From: Ctenodactylus gundi
Lineage: Eukaryota
Assembly (NCBI GenBank): GCA_048771875.1
Contig: CM109711.1
Location: 4,367,768 to 4,431,767 of the forward strand
DNA length: 64,000 nucleotides
Reading direction: 5' to 3'
Shown: one piece after another, positions 1-15,643 of the stretch
How positions within the stretch are numbered: position 1 is the first letter of the stretch
Layout of the letters: each line of letters opens with the position of its first letter
Notes under the pieces: model-generated
Database searches by the model: none
Told to the model about the DNA's origin: nothing
Seen by the model: only the letters and a program-made list of their open reading frames with translations
Position numbers and translations under genes: made by a program

Positions 1-118
1 GGCCTGTAATTCCAGCACTCAGGAACCTGAGGCAGGATGATTGCTGTGAGTTGAGGCCAACCTGGACTACACAGTTAGTTCAGGACTAGCCTGGGCTACA
101 GAGCAAGAACCTGTCTCA
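1..118 (+). mobile_element. B1-like (7SL-derived) SINE, 5'-truncated by window edge
   Basis: Core ggcctgtaattccagcactcagga...gcctgggctacagagcaagaacctgtctcaaaag. Confidence 0.7.
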
Positions 119-119
119 A

Positions 120-163
<44 letters not shown>

Positions 164-166
164 AAT
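119..166. repeat. (AAAG)n microsatellite
   Basis: The repeat agaaagaaagaaag... is perfect over about 48 bp. Confidence 0.9.
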
Positions 167-654
167 GCTCAGGAAGAAGACAGAGAAGGAAGGGCCAGGA
201 CACGTTTCTCGAGTGTCTCCTGATGTGCCAGGCCCACCAGCCTGTGGGGGTAGTCATTTCTGTGACTTGGGCCACTATTTCAAGGGTTCATCACAAAGCC
301 CCGAGGGAACATACAGCTAGAAGAGGCCACTGTCCTCCTTAAGGAGCTGAATTTGTAGTATCATTGGGACACTTGATCTCCCCGCTGGGCTGGCGTTAGA
401 ACAGCTTGAAATAGCAGAACAGCCCTGGGCCTTAATAGTTTATCTACTGCTGACTTGATGGTTAGCCTCATGTAATTCGCTTACCTTCTGCCCCTGTCAG
501 GGGCTCTGTGAGGACTGTCTGTCTGTGTGGTGGTTCTCCCTCCTTCCCTAATGGCATTTGATTGAGGATTGCATCCTGAGCAAACATCTTCCCCTTGTCC
601 ACCTGCGACCCTCCGTGGTCATAGGAGACTTTCCTTACTTTCAAGAAAGAGACT

Positions 655-722
655 CTGGGGCTGAGGGTGTAGCTCAGTGGTAGACAGCTAGCATGCATAA
701 AGTCCTGGGTTCCATACCCAGG
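655..722 (+). mobile_element. ID-like tRNA-derived SINE
   Basis: Core gggctgagggtgtagctcagtggtagac...ctgggttccataccc, with a tRNA-like A/B box. An (AAAG)n tail follows. Confidence 0.6.
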
Positions 723-777
723 ATAAAGAAAGAAAGAAAGAAAGAAGAGAAAAGAAGAGAAAGGATAGAAAAGAAAT

Positions 778-930
778 CCAGCCAGCCCTGGTGGCCCATG
801 TCTGTAATCCCAGCACTTGGGTGGCTGAGGTAGGAGGATTGCTTGAGTTTTAGGCCAGCCGGGACAACTTGGTGAGTTAAGAATCATCCTGGGCTACAAA
901 GTAAGATCTTGTCTCAAAAAAAAAAAAAAT
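778..930 (+). mobile_element. B1-like SINE with poly(A) tail
   Basis: Core gccagccctggtggcccatgtctgtaatcccagcacttgg...gtctcaaaaaaaaaaaaa. Confidence 0.7.
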
Positions 931-1555
931 CAAATATAAAAATGGGCTTGGGAGCCAGGACTCTGGGAGGCTGAGTCAGGAGGATTGGAAATTATAGCCC
1001 TGTAGGGGTAACTTAACAACTTAGTAATACACTGTCTCAAAATCAAAAATAAAATATGGCGAGGGCTGTAGCTAAGTGTGAAGATTTGAGCTTCATCTCC
1101 AGTACCACAAAAATAAATAAATAGGCTAGGGAAGTAGGCCTTGGGAGAGAGAGGGAGGGAAAGACTTTTCTCAAAGTACTAAGGATGCTTTGTGGCATTT
1201 TGTGTGTTGATCCCCTTTTTGGCCACTTACTGGGTATTCTGAGGAAGCTGAGTGACCTCTCTGAGCCTCAGTTTTCTTATCTGTAGAACACTAGCCTAGC
1301 GTGCAAACGTTCTTGGGTTCAATCCCAGAAAAAAAGGAAAAAAGAGAGGAATGATGGAGGGAAGGGCAGGCCAGCAGAAGTATCCTTTGATTCATGGGTC
1401 GTTATGGCTAGTCAGAAATGTTAGGTGGGGAAGTGGGTAGTTACAAGGGGTGATGGGTAATGGATCCATTACTGAGTAAGTATGTATTACGGATGTACTG
1501 GGCACCAGCACTGCCCTAGGGCTGGAAGAGAGCACACAAAATGGAATTCCTGCTG

Positions 1556-2250
1556 TCAGGGAGCTTGCGTCAGGGAGGGTAAGAGGTTAGGCGGGAAGTG
1601 GGCCGGGGACGGATGTGGGCAGGTGAGTGGCAGGTGCATAGGAGCGGGGGAATAGGTCAGGTGGCGGGTGGATGGACTGGAGTGGGTGGGAGAGTGTGAA
1701 TGCCTAGGTCCTCGGAGAGACCGAGAGGGAGTGGGGGTGGCTGGGAGCTGCGTGGGCTGCGCGGAGGGTGCACATGGGAAGGGTGGTAAGGCACGGGCCC
1801 TCGGGTCTTCACCGCCTTCCAGGCCCCGTGGCGCCGCTCCTGGCCTCTCATGCCCTTCCCATTTTGTCCCTAGAACATGCCTCCGAACTCCTCTTTTGCG
1901 ACTCCTTAAGCACTTGTGTTTGGGAGGGGCTCCTGCTCGGGAGCAATGACCCCCTGAAGCCACCGACGTCTTCTGGAACCATCGCTTGACTCCATTCCCA
2001 GCAGCAAGGACCCCACCAGGAGGAAGGGCTTTAATAAAGAGCCGGGAGGCCCTCCCCCAGCCCTGCTCAGGCCAGCCCTGGTGTGGCTCCGTGGGGAGAG
2101 GGGCTTGTCGCTTCCAGCCTGGGTGCGGTGTGGGTGTGTCGCCAGCGTGGCCTCCCTGCGGCACTGTCAGCACTGGTGGGTGGCCCAGGGGTGGGCTCAG
2201 GTGTGAGCCCGTGCTAGCGCCTTTCTGCTGAGGGTCGTGGCATCAGGGGT
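1556..2250. promoter_or_regulatory. Unassigned GC-rich / G-run-rich island downstream of SEZ6L2 (possible CpG island or transcript end)
   Basis: It contains G-rich degenerate repeats (gggtggatggactggagtgggtgggagag). An AATAAA lies at 2031-2036 on the plus strand. I recognise no protein homology in any frame. Confidence 0.3.
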
Positions 2251-3207
2251 GTCTGCTTCTGCTTTGTGGGCCGTTAGTGCCGAGGACCCTGGCCAGGACT
2301 TCCCCCTCTGAGCTTTGGGCTTCCTGTGAGATTGTCATATGCCCATTCCTGGTCAGAACGCAGGCAGAAGGCATTGTGGCGTGTGTCGTTCCCCTTTAGG
2401 GCCACGTATTTGGGGATTCTGAGGAAGTTGATTTACCTTGCTGAGCCTCAGTTTTCTTATCTGAAAAATGGGAATAATAAATTGCCCCATTTTCACAGGG
2501 TCCTTGTGAGGGCTAAGAACATAATGCAGCCAGGCCCAGTGGCTCAGGCCTGTAATCTCAGAAGTCTGGGAGGCTGAGGCAGGAGGTTCACAAGTTTGAG
2601 CCCCACCTGGGCAATTTAGCAACTTAGTGAACTGACTTTGTCTCAAAATCAAAGATAAAATGGGCTGGGGAGCAGCTTAGTGTGAAGGCCCTGGGCTCAG
2701 TCCCCAGTACCACAAAACAAAACATAATTTAGGATATGGGTTAGGGCATAGCCATGTGATTAGTGTGCTTGCCTGGCACGTTCAAGACTCTGGATTTGAT
2801 TCCCTAGCACCACACAAAAATTAGTTGGGTATTGTGGGACATGCCTGCACTCAGGAAGCTGAGGCAGGAGGATTGTTGTGAGTTCAAAACCAGCCTGGGC
2901 TCCATCCTAAGTTCAGGACCAGCCTGGACTATAATAGGGTGAGACTCTGTCTCAAAAACAAAAATAAAAGTCATAATATAGGGGGGCCTGGTGATGCAGG
3001 CCTGTGATCCAAGGCAGGAGGATCACAACTCTGAGGCCAGCTTTGGCAATTTAATAATGTAACAAGATCTTGTCTCAGCATCATGTATCCAGAGGCAGTG
3101 GGACGTGCCTCTGTGATCCCAGCTACCTGAGATTCTAAGGCAATAGGATTGCAACTCTGAACTCTGAGTGAGCAATATAGTGAGACCCTGTCTCAGTATA
3201 AAAAGCA

Positions 3208-3432
3208 GAGGCTGGAGCAATAGCACATGGGTTAGTGAGCTTGCCTAGCAAGCACAAGGCCTTGAGTTCAATTCCCCAACACCACATAAACTGGATGTGG
3301 TGGTGCATCCCTGTAATTCCAGCACTCAGGAGGCTGAGGCAGGACAACTGCCATGAGTTAGAGGCCAGCCTGGGCTATGTAGTGAGTTCAGGACTAGTCT
3401 GGACTATACAGAGAGACTCTATCTCAAAAAAA
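3208..3432 (+). mobile_element. Composite tRNA-head + B1-body SINE (dimeric ID/B1-type)
   Basis: Core ...gcttgcctagcaagcacaaggccttgagttcaattccccaacaccacataaactggatgtggtggtgcatccctgtaattccagcac...tctcaaaaaaag. Confidence 0.65.
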
Positions 3433-4919
3433 GTAATACTGTATGCCATGTGCTTAAGTATGCAATTATTGAAGTAATTATGGCTTACTTAATTAAATAC
3501 ATACAGCTGTACTTAAATATACAATAGGAGGTTAAGTAAAATTCAATTGATTTAGAGAAACTCTTAGACAAATAGACCATAAATTGGGCTGAGGATGGAG
3601 CTCAGTGGTAGAGCCTCGCTTGGGTGGAGCTCTTGGGTTCAAGTCCTAGCACAAAAAAAAAAAAAAAAGGAAAAAAAAAGCCAGTTGTGGTGGCACATGC
3701 CTCTAATTCCAGCACTCTGGGAGACCGAGGCAGGAGGATTACAAGTTTGAGTTCATTTACTGACTTAGTGAAACTGTGTCTCAAAATTAAAAAATAAAAA
3801 AGGGCTGGAGATGTAGCTAACAATGAAGGCCCTGGGTTCCGTCTGCAGTACCAGAGAAAGCGGGCTGGAGGAATGGCTCAGCGGTTAAAGCGCTTGCCTA
3901 GTGAGCACTAAGTCAAGCACCAAGTACCCTTTGATTCCCCAACATGCATGGTGGTGCCCATCTGTAATCTCAGCACTTAGGAGGCTGAGGCAGGAGGATT
4001 GCTATGCGTTCACGGCCAGCCTGCACCCCATAGTGAGTTCAGGACCAGCCTGGTCTATAGAATGAGACCCAGTCTCAAAAGATAGAATTCCAAATTGCTT
4101 GTAGTGTTCAAAAATCAATTGACTATTATAGGAGAAAAGGACATCTGTGAGATCAGACTTGGTAACATGTAATGACAAATATGCTTAAAATGCCAAAAAG
4201 ATTGAGGAGAATAAAAGAACATGGTAGACTTGAATAGATAAAAAATATTCTCAAGAGGGTGCTCAGCTATAGACAGACTGGTCATGAACAAATGGAAAGC
4301 TTCCTGCTCCTGCCACGCGGTGGGAGGGAGGGTGCTAATGTCGGCTGGCAACACCAGGGATGGTGAAGAGGCAAACCATCCCAGCCAGGGCTGCCAGGGG
4401 CCGAGTCTACAGCCAGGGTTTTTGATGCCGGGCCAGCACTCACGACAGTGCCCTCTGCCCGGTTCTGAATTTCCATCTTTTTCCCCAATAATTCTCCTTC
4501 CCTGGGCCTTCTATCCAGCACGCCACCAACAGGTTGTGACCCACCTTCCCACACCCCAGCAGCCCAGTTACAAGTGGTGATTTTCCATTTATTGCTCAAA
4601 AACAAAAAATTCCAGAAGCAAAGGTGGCGAGACTGTGGGTCGGTCGAGGAGACGGCAGGAAGGGGCAGGGCCTTGGCACACTGTCCCTCCTTGGTTCTCT
4701 CCCTCTCGAGGGCCCAGGAGGCAGGCATCTGGGAGGGGAGGGGCCTTCACAGCCACGGGGACAAGTAGAGCTGTCAAGGGCAGTCCTTGAAGGAGGGGGC
4801 CCTGGGCTGGAGGGGCCCCGAGAGCTGAGCTCCTCTCCCAGGGTCCAAAAGCCAGAGGGGTTGGGGAGGGGAGACCCCTTGTTTGGCAACTGAGGAGGCT
4901 TTGGGCGGCAGGATGCTGG

Positions 4920-4925
4920 TTTATT
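4920..4925 (-). other. SEZ6L2: SEZ6L2 candidate polyadenylation signal (AATAAA on minus strand)
   Basis: Plus-strand tttatt lies about 170 nt downstream of the stop. A second minus-strand AATAAA lies at about 4586-4591. Confidence 0.4.
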
Positions 4926-5091
4926 TACTGTTGGGTCTCCAGGGCCATCAAAGCCCCCTCGTGGGGTGGGGAGACTATTTACACAGCAGGGAAGAGGGGT
5001 AGCCAGGAGCCAGAGGCTGGATCCCGTACCCCCCGCTGCCCTGAATGACGAGGGAAGGGGTGTCCTGGGTCCTGCGGACTTAGTCTTGGGT

Positions 5092-5121
5092 TCAGATGGA
5101 CACTTCATACTCCCGTGTATC
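5092..5121 (-). CDS. SEZ6L2: SEZ6L2 terminal coding exon (DTREYEVSI-stop)
   Basis: Acceptor cttcag|GATACACGG is followed by TGA, which is tca on the plus strand at 5092-5094. The C-terminus is identical to human. The 17 exons total 2733 nt, which is 910 aa. Confidence 0.8.
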   Translation of the reverse strand, partial: DTREYEVSI

Positions 5122-5506
5122 CTGAAGACAGAGAGAGCAGATCAGTTGTTGGATATGGTGGGAGCAACCGCAAGGAAAGGGGGCCCCTGATTTTTATGAC
5201 ATCGATTACTGGGAAGCCTGGGACCACGGGGTGAGAGTGGGCTGGATCTGCGCCCTGGGTGTTTGGCTCTTTCTACAGTCCTAAGACAATGCAAAAAAAG
5301 CTGAACCTCTGGGTTGTCTGGAAATTGGAGGAGCTGGCAATTGAGCCTACATGTCCTCTATGGGTTAGAGCTGTGTCCTTTAGATGAGACACAAGTTTTG
5401 CAGTTAGCCACAGTCCTCACTTCTCCCTGTGGTTCACACACAGCTTGCTTTGCTCAGTGACAGGGTCTTTGTTGCAGCTGAGTTTGAGGTTCTCAAGAAC
5501 AGATTA

Positions 5507-6077
<571 letters not shown>

Positions 6078-6544
6078 CTAGTTTTCGGTTGTCCAGGAGC
6101 TCCTCATAGGCCACTGCAGGGAGAGGAGGGGGGGACGGGGTCTGAGCCAGGGAGGGAAGGAGGCTGGGAAGAGGGTCTGGAGCCTGTGGGGCTGGGCTGG
6201 ACAGCCTGGTTCTCTCTGCCCTCTGCTCAACCTAAGCAGTGTCCTTCCCATGGCAAGGGAAAGGACTGATCAAGGCAGGGCCTTCCTCCTCCTCCAGACC
6301 CCTAAATATTCAAGGTTCCTGGACAGTCTGAACCAATCAGGTCTTTAGAATTTGTCAGAGGCAGGGAATCTAAGGCCTATCCAGAGAGGAAAAGAAAGTT
6401 CCAAATCAGGTCCCCTCTATGATACCCTTTGGGATGATTCAGGGACCTCACATTTCTCCAGGACTTCTGGACACATCTTTGAGGACAAGACCCACAGAAC
6501 AGGAAAGAGCTGAGCTGGGTTACCCACTGGTCTCAAATTTTCTA

Positions 6545-7130
<586 letters not shown>

Positions 7131-7220
7131 TCAGGAGAAGTGAGGACCTTCAAAGACCTCCCAGAAATTCAGATCTGGGGAGAGGGTGTGAGTCGGAAAA
7201 ACTTAGAATTGGATATGCTG

Positions 7221-7495
7221 TTTATTTTTTTGTAGCAATGGATATTGAGCCCATAGCCTTCCCACTGAGCTACATGCTCAGTCCCCCTCACCCCCCTTTT
7301 TTCTGCCCTGAGACAGGGTCTTAACTCTGCAGTCCACGCTTGTCCTGAGCGTAGCCCAGCCCTTCAGCTCACAGTGATCCTCCTGCCTCGGCCTCCCAAG
7401 TGCTGGGATTACAGGCATTTACCACCATGCCCAGTTTATGAGGTGCTGGGCAACTGAACCCAGAGCCCTGAGCTAGCTAAGCAAGTACTATCTGC
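7221..7495 (-). mobile_element. Composite tRNA+B1 SINE (minus orientation)
   Basis: A leading T-run is followed by ...cctcggcctcccaagtgctgggattacaggc...ccatgcccagtttatgaggtgctgggcaactgaacc..., the reverse complement of the composite SINE family. Confidence 0.6.
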
Positions 7496-9920
7496 TGACC
7501 TAAGCCCACAGACCACCAGTCCATTATTTATTTTGTGACAAGGCCTCACCAGTCACTAAATTGTCCAGGCTGGGTATAAACTTGTGATTGTCCTGCCTCA
7601 GCCTCCCAGAGTACTGAGATTTTAGGCCTTTCTCACTGGGCCAGCATGTTTTATATTTGAGGCTTTTCTTTTGTGGGGGGGAAACAGGGTGAGTGGGGCA
7701 AAATCAAGCTCCCTCACTAGGATAAAATTCAAAATATTTAATCACCACACCAGAGTACACTAGCTAAATCCCAGCAGTGTCAAAATGGCATGGTAGATCA
7801 TCCGTGGGCCACCAGCTGCCCTCATCCAGGGCCAGCTCTCCTGCCGCCCACATCCTCCCATCCTCCTCGTGCTCAGTCTACCTCATCACATGCACCACCC
7901 ACTTAGCCCACGTGGACATCTGAGTTTACAGCCCTACTGTGGAAAGTCACAGTCTTAAACGCATCTGTGCCAGGCACTCTGAGAAAACATTTTATAAATA
8001 CAAAATTCAACTCTGATTACCCTAAGAGGTTAATGTCACTGTCGTATCTCTTGAGACCCAGGGCTTAGAACTCAGTTGAGGAGCAGCAGAGCCGGGGCTT
8101 ACTCAGGGTCACAGCCCTGGAGCACTAGACGGAGACTTAAGAGATTTGGGCCACTGAGCTTCAGCTCAGTGTCACCAGGGGCAGGTTCCCTCCTGAGCCT
8201 TCTCTGGGCTGGCTGAATCCCTCGCCCATGCAGGTCGGACATTCCGGGAATCGTCCCAGGGAGGGAGGTTGCCCACCAGACAGTGTTCCTGTGTCCTGCC
8301 CAAATCTGGTTTCCTGAAACTTCTCCCTAGTCGTCCCAACATTGCCACTATTCCCAAGGGCCACATGGGAGACCCACAGCCCCACACTCTTGTGGCAGAC
8401 CTCCCAAATCACAGGGAAGCGACAAGATGTGACCCTTTTCCCCTAAGATACACTTGCAGCTCCTCTACCTGCCCTGCCCAGCACCACATAAGCTGGGCAT
8501 GGTGGCACACACCTGTACTCCCAGTACTCAGAGGGCTAAGGCAGGAATTGCCATCATGAGTTCAAGGCCAGCCTGGTCAACACAGTGTGTTCAGGAGAGC
8601 CTGGACTACAAAGATCCTGTCTCAAAAAAATTTTTTTAATGTCACTTTTTTTGAAACTTCCTGCAACAACCCTGAAAGAATGAACTCCTCACCCCTTGCA
8701 TCCTCAGAGCAGCTACTACTCACCACTTAGACCATCCAACACTGTGGGAAAAGTTGTATTTGGGGCTCGGGCCATAGCACAGTCGATAAGAGTGCTTGCC
8801 TAGTATACATAAGGCTCTAGGTTCGATCCCCCAGTACCATATAAAAATTAGTTGGGGGGTTGGAGGAATAGCAGGAATAGCACAAGAGTTAAAGTGCTTG
8901 ACTAGCAAACACAAGGCCCTGAGTTCGATTCCCCAGCACCACATAAAATGGGCGTGGTGGGCACACCTGTAATCCCAGCACTAGTGAGGCTGAGGCAGAA
9001 GGATTGCTACGAGATCAAGGCCAGTCTGGGCTATAGAGTGAGACCCTGTCTCAAAAAAAAAATTAGCTGGGTGTGACAAACACCTCTAATCCCAGTACTG
9101 GATAGACTGAGGCAGGAGGACTGCCCTGAGTTTAAGGCTAGCCCAGGCTACAAAGTGAGCTCAGGACCAGCCTTGACTACATAGTGAGACCCTCCAAAAA
9201 AAAAGCCCCATTTGTTATTTTTTGGCCCCTGGTCCTCCTTCAGCCAGGAGGAGCTGGAGTGCAAAGATGTTAAGCTCCTGGTCCAAAGCCACCATTCCGC
9301 AGTGTCCTGACCCTAGGTTCAGCTATCTGTCCTCTCCCAATGTGAGGCAGCACCCCTCCCCAAAACTCCCAGTCTAGCGAGGCTGCAGGGACTGCACCGA
9401 AATAAACCTAGAGGGCTGGGGACAGGTCAGCGGCGAAGCGCCTGCTTGCCCAGCAAGTGCAAGGCCCTGCACTCAATTCCCCAGCACCGCATAAACCCGG
9501 TGCGATGGCTCCACCCAGGATCCCAGGGCTCAGGAGGCTGAGGCAGGACTTGTTTGAGGCCAACCTGGGCTACATAGTGAGTTCAGGACCAGCCTGGACT
9601 ACAGAGCAAGACCCTGTTTCAGATACATAGATAAACAAACCAAGTACTTGGACAAGCCTTGGTTCTAACAAGTCTCCTCAGTGTCAAGGGCTGGGCACTT
9701 AGAGACTGGGGTAGGCCCAGAGGACCAGCAGTTGATGGGGCGAAGGCAAGCGGGAACCCGAGTCAGACCCAGCAGGAGGCGGGACCAGGAACGGGGGAGG
9801 GACCAGAGGAAACTGAAATGGACAGCGTCCAGGACCCTGGAAGAGGAGGGCGACAGTCACGCCGAGACAAGGCCAGGACCACAGGGGATAGCTGGGGGCC
9901 AAACACGGGAGTGAAACTCA

Positions 9921-10622
<702 letters not shown>

Positions 10623-11127
10623 TCACTGCTTCTTAGGAACCTCATTTGCTCTCCAGCCCCGCCCCATGTTGGACACTTCTTAGCCTATTTTGACCCATCT
10701 TCAGTTTCTAGTCTCAAGCTATCTTGCATCTCCCCAGCCAGTCCCTACCCTCCGGTTCCTCCCATCTACCGCTCAATCCCCAGCCTCTTTATCGCGAGCC
10801 CCACCCACTCTCCACTCCCACCTTCATCACCTGGACATGACTGCCAGCTTTGGCCCTGACCAATCCCAGACCTTTCTCTTCTCCACTCAGCAGCACAAGC
10901 AAGGATCCCTCTAAGTCCCGCCTGCGTACTGGCTTTCGGACACGCCCACTTTTGGGTCTGTCCAGTCACATGATCACCTCACAGCCAGTTAGTCCGGCAC
11001 CCACACCCTCCTAGAACGCTGATGCATTGGTGCCTGGGTGCCTGGGAGGACATATAATAACCCCGGTCACTTGTCCATGTCCCCTGGCTAGTAAGAGACT
11101 TGAACCTAGGTCCCCCACCAAATCCTA

Positions 11128-11472
<345 letters not shown>

Positions 11473-11770
11473 CTACCTCATGTGTTGTTCAGTATTAACG
11501 GTCCACCCGCTTTCCCCTTGGGACTGTGAATTGCGCCCAGGGCCTTTGCACTGAACTGCATCTCCAGCCCTCTTTAATTTTTATGTATTTACTTACTGTA
11601 GTATTGGGGGTTGAACCCAGGGCCTATGCACTGAGCTACATTCCTAGTTCTTTTTTATTTTGAGATGGAGTCTCACTAATTTGCCCAACATGAATTGAAA
11701 TTTTCAGTCCTCTTGCCTCAGCGTCCCACAGTGGTGGGACCATCATGTGTAGCTGATTTACATGTTTGAG

Positions 11771-11771
<1 letters not shown>

Positions 11772-11812
<41 letters not shown>
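11772..11812. repeat. (GT)n microsatellite (SEZ6L2 intron 9)
   Basis: Run gtgtgtgt... of about 20 units. Confidence 0.9.
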
Positions 11813-11813
<1 letters not shown>

Positions 11814-12290
11814 CGAGGCAGAGTCTTGCTCTGTAGTCAAGTCCAGGCTAGTCCTGGATTCACTACGTAGCCTAGTCTGGCCTAGAACTCACAGCCATCC
11901 TCCACCTCCGCCTCCCAAGTGCTGAGATTACAGGCGTGTGCCTCCACGCCCGGCTGATGTGGTGCTGGGGAGTGGTAATGTAGGGCCGTCTGCTTGCTAG
12001 GCAAGCGCTCTAGCTGCTGTGCTATTCCTCCAGCCCCTGTTGTAAATCTGGGTGTTATCTGTACCCAATCCCCCAGCCTGCTTTGAGTTAGCCTCACTCT
12101 CTGAACAGCTTACCTGTCCAATTCAAGACCTAGACCAACTCCAGATTTAGCTCTTGGAGACATTCAGGTTTGCAATACCTGAATTCACTAACAGGCCTAT
12201 CAGTTATTCAGTTAAGAAAACAGCCCCTGCAAGGCCATCTAACTGTTCATGGCTTGGGATTATGAACTGTGCGGGTAGGTCTCCTTCCTA

Positions 12291-12653
<363 letters not shown>

Positions 12654-14204
12654 TCAAGACCTCAAACGGGAGGTGGTTATTTCTGATGTTTGGGTTTTTA
12701 AATCTGAATGCTTTTGGGGTTAGCTTTCTAGCTCCAGTTTGTCAAAAAAGCCCCACACTCCTCACTCACCAGGGTTGTGTTACCTCACAGGCCTCTGGAG
12801 AGAAACCCCTGGGCAAGTCCAACCCCAGTTGCCATTCTACAGAAGAGGAGGCCCACAGACAAAAAGCCACCACTTTCAAGAGGCCAGGGCAGGAGAATTG
12901 CAAGTTCGAGCCCTGCTTGGGCAGCCTAGTAACTTAGTGATACCCTGTCTCAAATAGCCGATAAAATGGGGCTGGGGATGTAGCTCAGCGCAAGGCCTCT
13001 GTTTCATCTACAGTGCCAAAAGAAAAGAAAGAACAACAATCCACTTGCCCAAGGTCACCCAGCAGGCAATGGCTGAACCAGGTCTCCAGCCCAGATGGCT
13101 GGTTCCCAGCCACAGACATTTGGCTCGGAACGGCGAGGGTGGGGGTTGGGGAAGGGCGCCTTTTGAAGAACTGGCTGGCGTAGGTGTGTTCCCTCCTCAA
13201 AAATAACAGTTGGATTCGGATCATCTACGCTGTTGCTGAATCCAACGCTGCAGCTCATGCAAAAGCTGCTCAGTTTCTACTTCAGTCTGAGTCAGCAAAA
13301 ATAAACATTTGCGGAGCATTGTAGTTTCTGCCTACCTGACTGCATCTGAGCTGCAAACCCGCTTGTGAGGTGAGGAGCCAGGCAGGGCCTGGCACACGCC
13401 AGGAGTCTGAGGCTCACGGAGCGGAGGGGCCCACATCCGGGCAGACAGGCCTCACGGGGGCGTAGCATGCTCACCACAAGGCAGTGCTCAGTGCGTTAGC
13501 GCTCTTGGAATAAACTGTGCATTTTATTTCCGTCTGCACATCCACTGCTTCTTTTTTTCTTTTACTTTTTGTGGCACTCGGGTCTGAACACAGGGCCTTT
13601 GCACTGAGCTCATCCCCAGCCCCATTTTTTTTGTTATTGTTGTTGAGACAAGGTCTCATTCTGTAGTCCAGGATGGTCCTGAACTCACTGTGGAGCCCAG
13701 GCTGGTCTCGAACTCATAGCAATCCTCCTGCCTCAGACTCCCAAGTGCTGGGGTGACAGGCGTGTGCCACCACACCTGGTTTATGCAATGCTGGGGAATT
13801 GAACTCAGGGCCTTGTGCCTGGTAGGCAAGGGCTCCAACTGCTGTGCTATTCCTCTATCCCTCCATTTTTTATTTTTTGATTTTGAGACAGGGTTTTGCT
13901 AAGTCAGGAAATCGTCCAGGTGGGGCATGAATTTAGCTCCCCCTCCCCCTTTGGAAACAAGTTCCGGCTCTGTAATCTAGGGTGGTTCTGAACTCACTGT
14001 GTAATCCAAGCTGGCCTCAAACTCATGGAAATTCTCCTGACTCAGCCTCCCAGAGCTGGAATTACCAGCACGTCCTGCCACTCCGGGCTAATTTTTATGT
14101 GGTGAGAAGGGACTGAACCAAGGGTCTTGTGCATACTAGGCAAGCCTCTAACCACTGAACTACACCTCCAGCCTTGACCATTTTATTTTTAAGATGGGGC
14201 CTAG

Positions 14205-14408
14205 GGAGGGGGGGGAGGCACAGCAGTTAAAGTGCTTGCCTAGCAGGCACAAGGCCCTGGGTTCGATTCCCCAGCATGATATAAAGCTGGCACGTGCCTG
14301 TAATCCCAGTACTTGGGAGGCTGAGGCAGGAGGATTGCCATTAGTCCAAGGCCAGCCTGGGCTGCAAAGTGAGTTCAGGACCAGCCTGGGCTTCAGAAGA
14401 AGACAAGG
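14205..14408 (+). mobile_element. Composite tRNA+B1 SINE
   Basis: Core gcagttaaagtgcttgcctagcaggcacaaggccctgggttcgattccccagcatgatataaagctggcacgtgcctgtaatcccag... Confidence 0.65.
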
Positions 14409-15268
14409 CTTCACTAAGTTGCTAACTTGCCCAGGCTGGGCTCAAACTTGTGATCCTCCTGTCTCAGCCTCCCAGCATGCTGGGATTCCAGGCCTTGCCA
14501 GACTACTTTTTATTTCAGTGCTACTTAACCCAGTCAGGTATCATCCAAGTCCTACCCATCCATCAGGGCCCAGTGCCAATTCTATTTCTCTCATGAATCA
14601 TCGACAAAACTAGTCCCTCCCCTCTCTGAGTATTTCCCTTTCATTACATTTTCTCCCATGATTGATTATATAAACCCCTGTCCCCAGCCACGCTGGGAGC
14701 CCGTCCCCAGCCACAACGGGCCCTCTCCTTCACCTTTGTCCACACCACACCTGTCCCCTGATCTGCCCTTCTGACTTCCTCTTAAATCACCTCCATGCTT
14801 AAGGTCATGCTTCATGTCTCATGAACACTGGCCTCCTTGCCTCTGCCAGCCCAGCGTTCATTCCCCCTTCTTCTGGGAGCAGCGTCCCATTTTCATTTTG
14901 GGAAATGTGCCTTTCCTTCTCCCAATCCAAGGGGTCAGTGGAGGCCAACCAGGCTGGCCATGGGGGAGAGAGCTGCTAGCGACCCCACCTGCTCCTGGCC
15001 ACAGTGACTGGCGCAGGCAAAGGCAATGGACCGTAACCGGGTCTGTGACAGCCTTTCCTGGCAGCGTGGCTGAAACTCGCTGGAAGCACGTTTCCCTCTG
15101 TGGGATGGAACTACTGAGGCGCCGGTGCTTAAGGCTGCAGCTAGGCCGTCACAGGGCAAAAGCCTGGCTGAGAACGAGCGGGTGTGCCAGAGAGACCTGA
15201 GAGGCAGAGCTAACTGTGCTCACCCCACCCCAGCTCTGTTCCTGGACCCAGCCATCCAGGGAGCTCTA

Positions 15269-15643
<375 letters not shown>

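Noticed and set aside
1556-2173. 205 aa minus-strand ORF
   Set aside because: It is GC-rich sequence with no homology. It is kept only as an unassigned GC-rich island.
4284-5108. Several 60-170 aa ORFs just downstream of the SEZ6L2 stop
   Set aside because: This is GC-rich 3' UTR or flank of SEZ6L2 with no homology. It overlaps the real terminal exon only in other frames.
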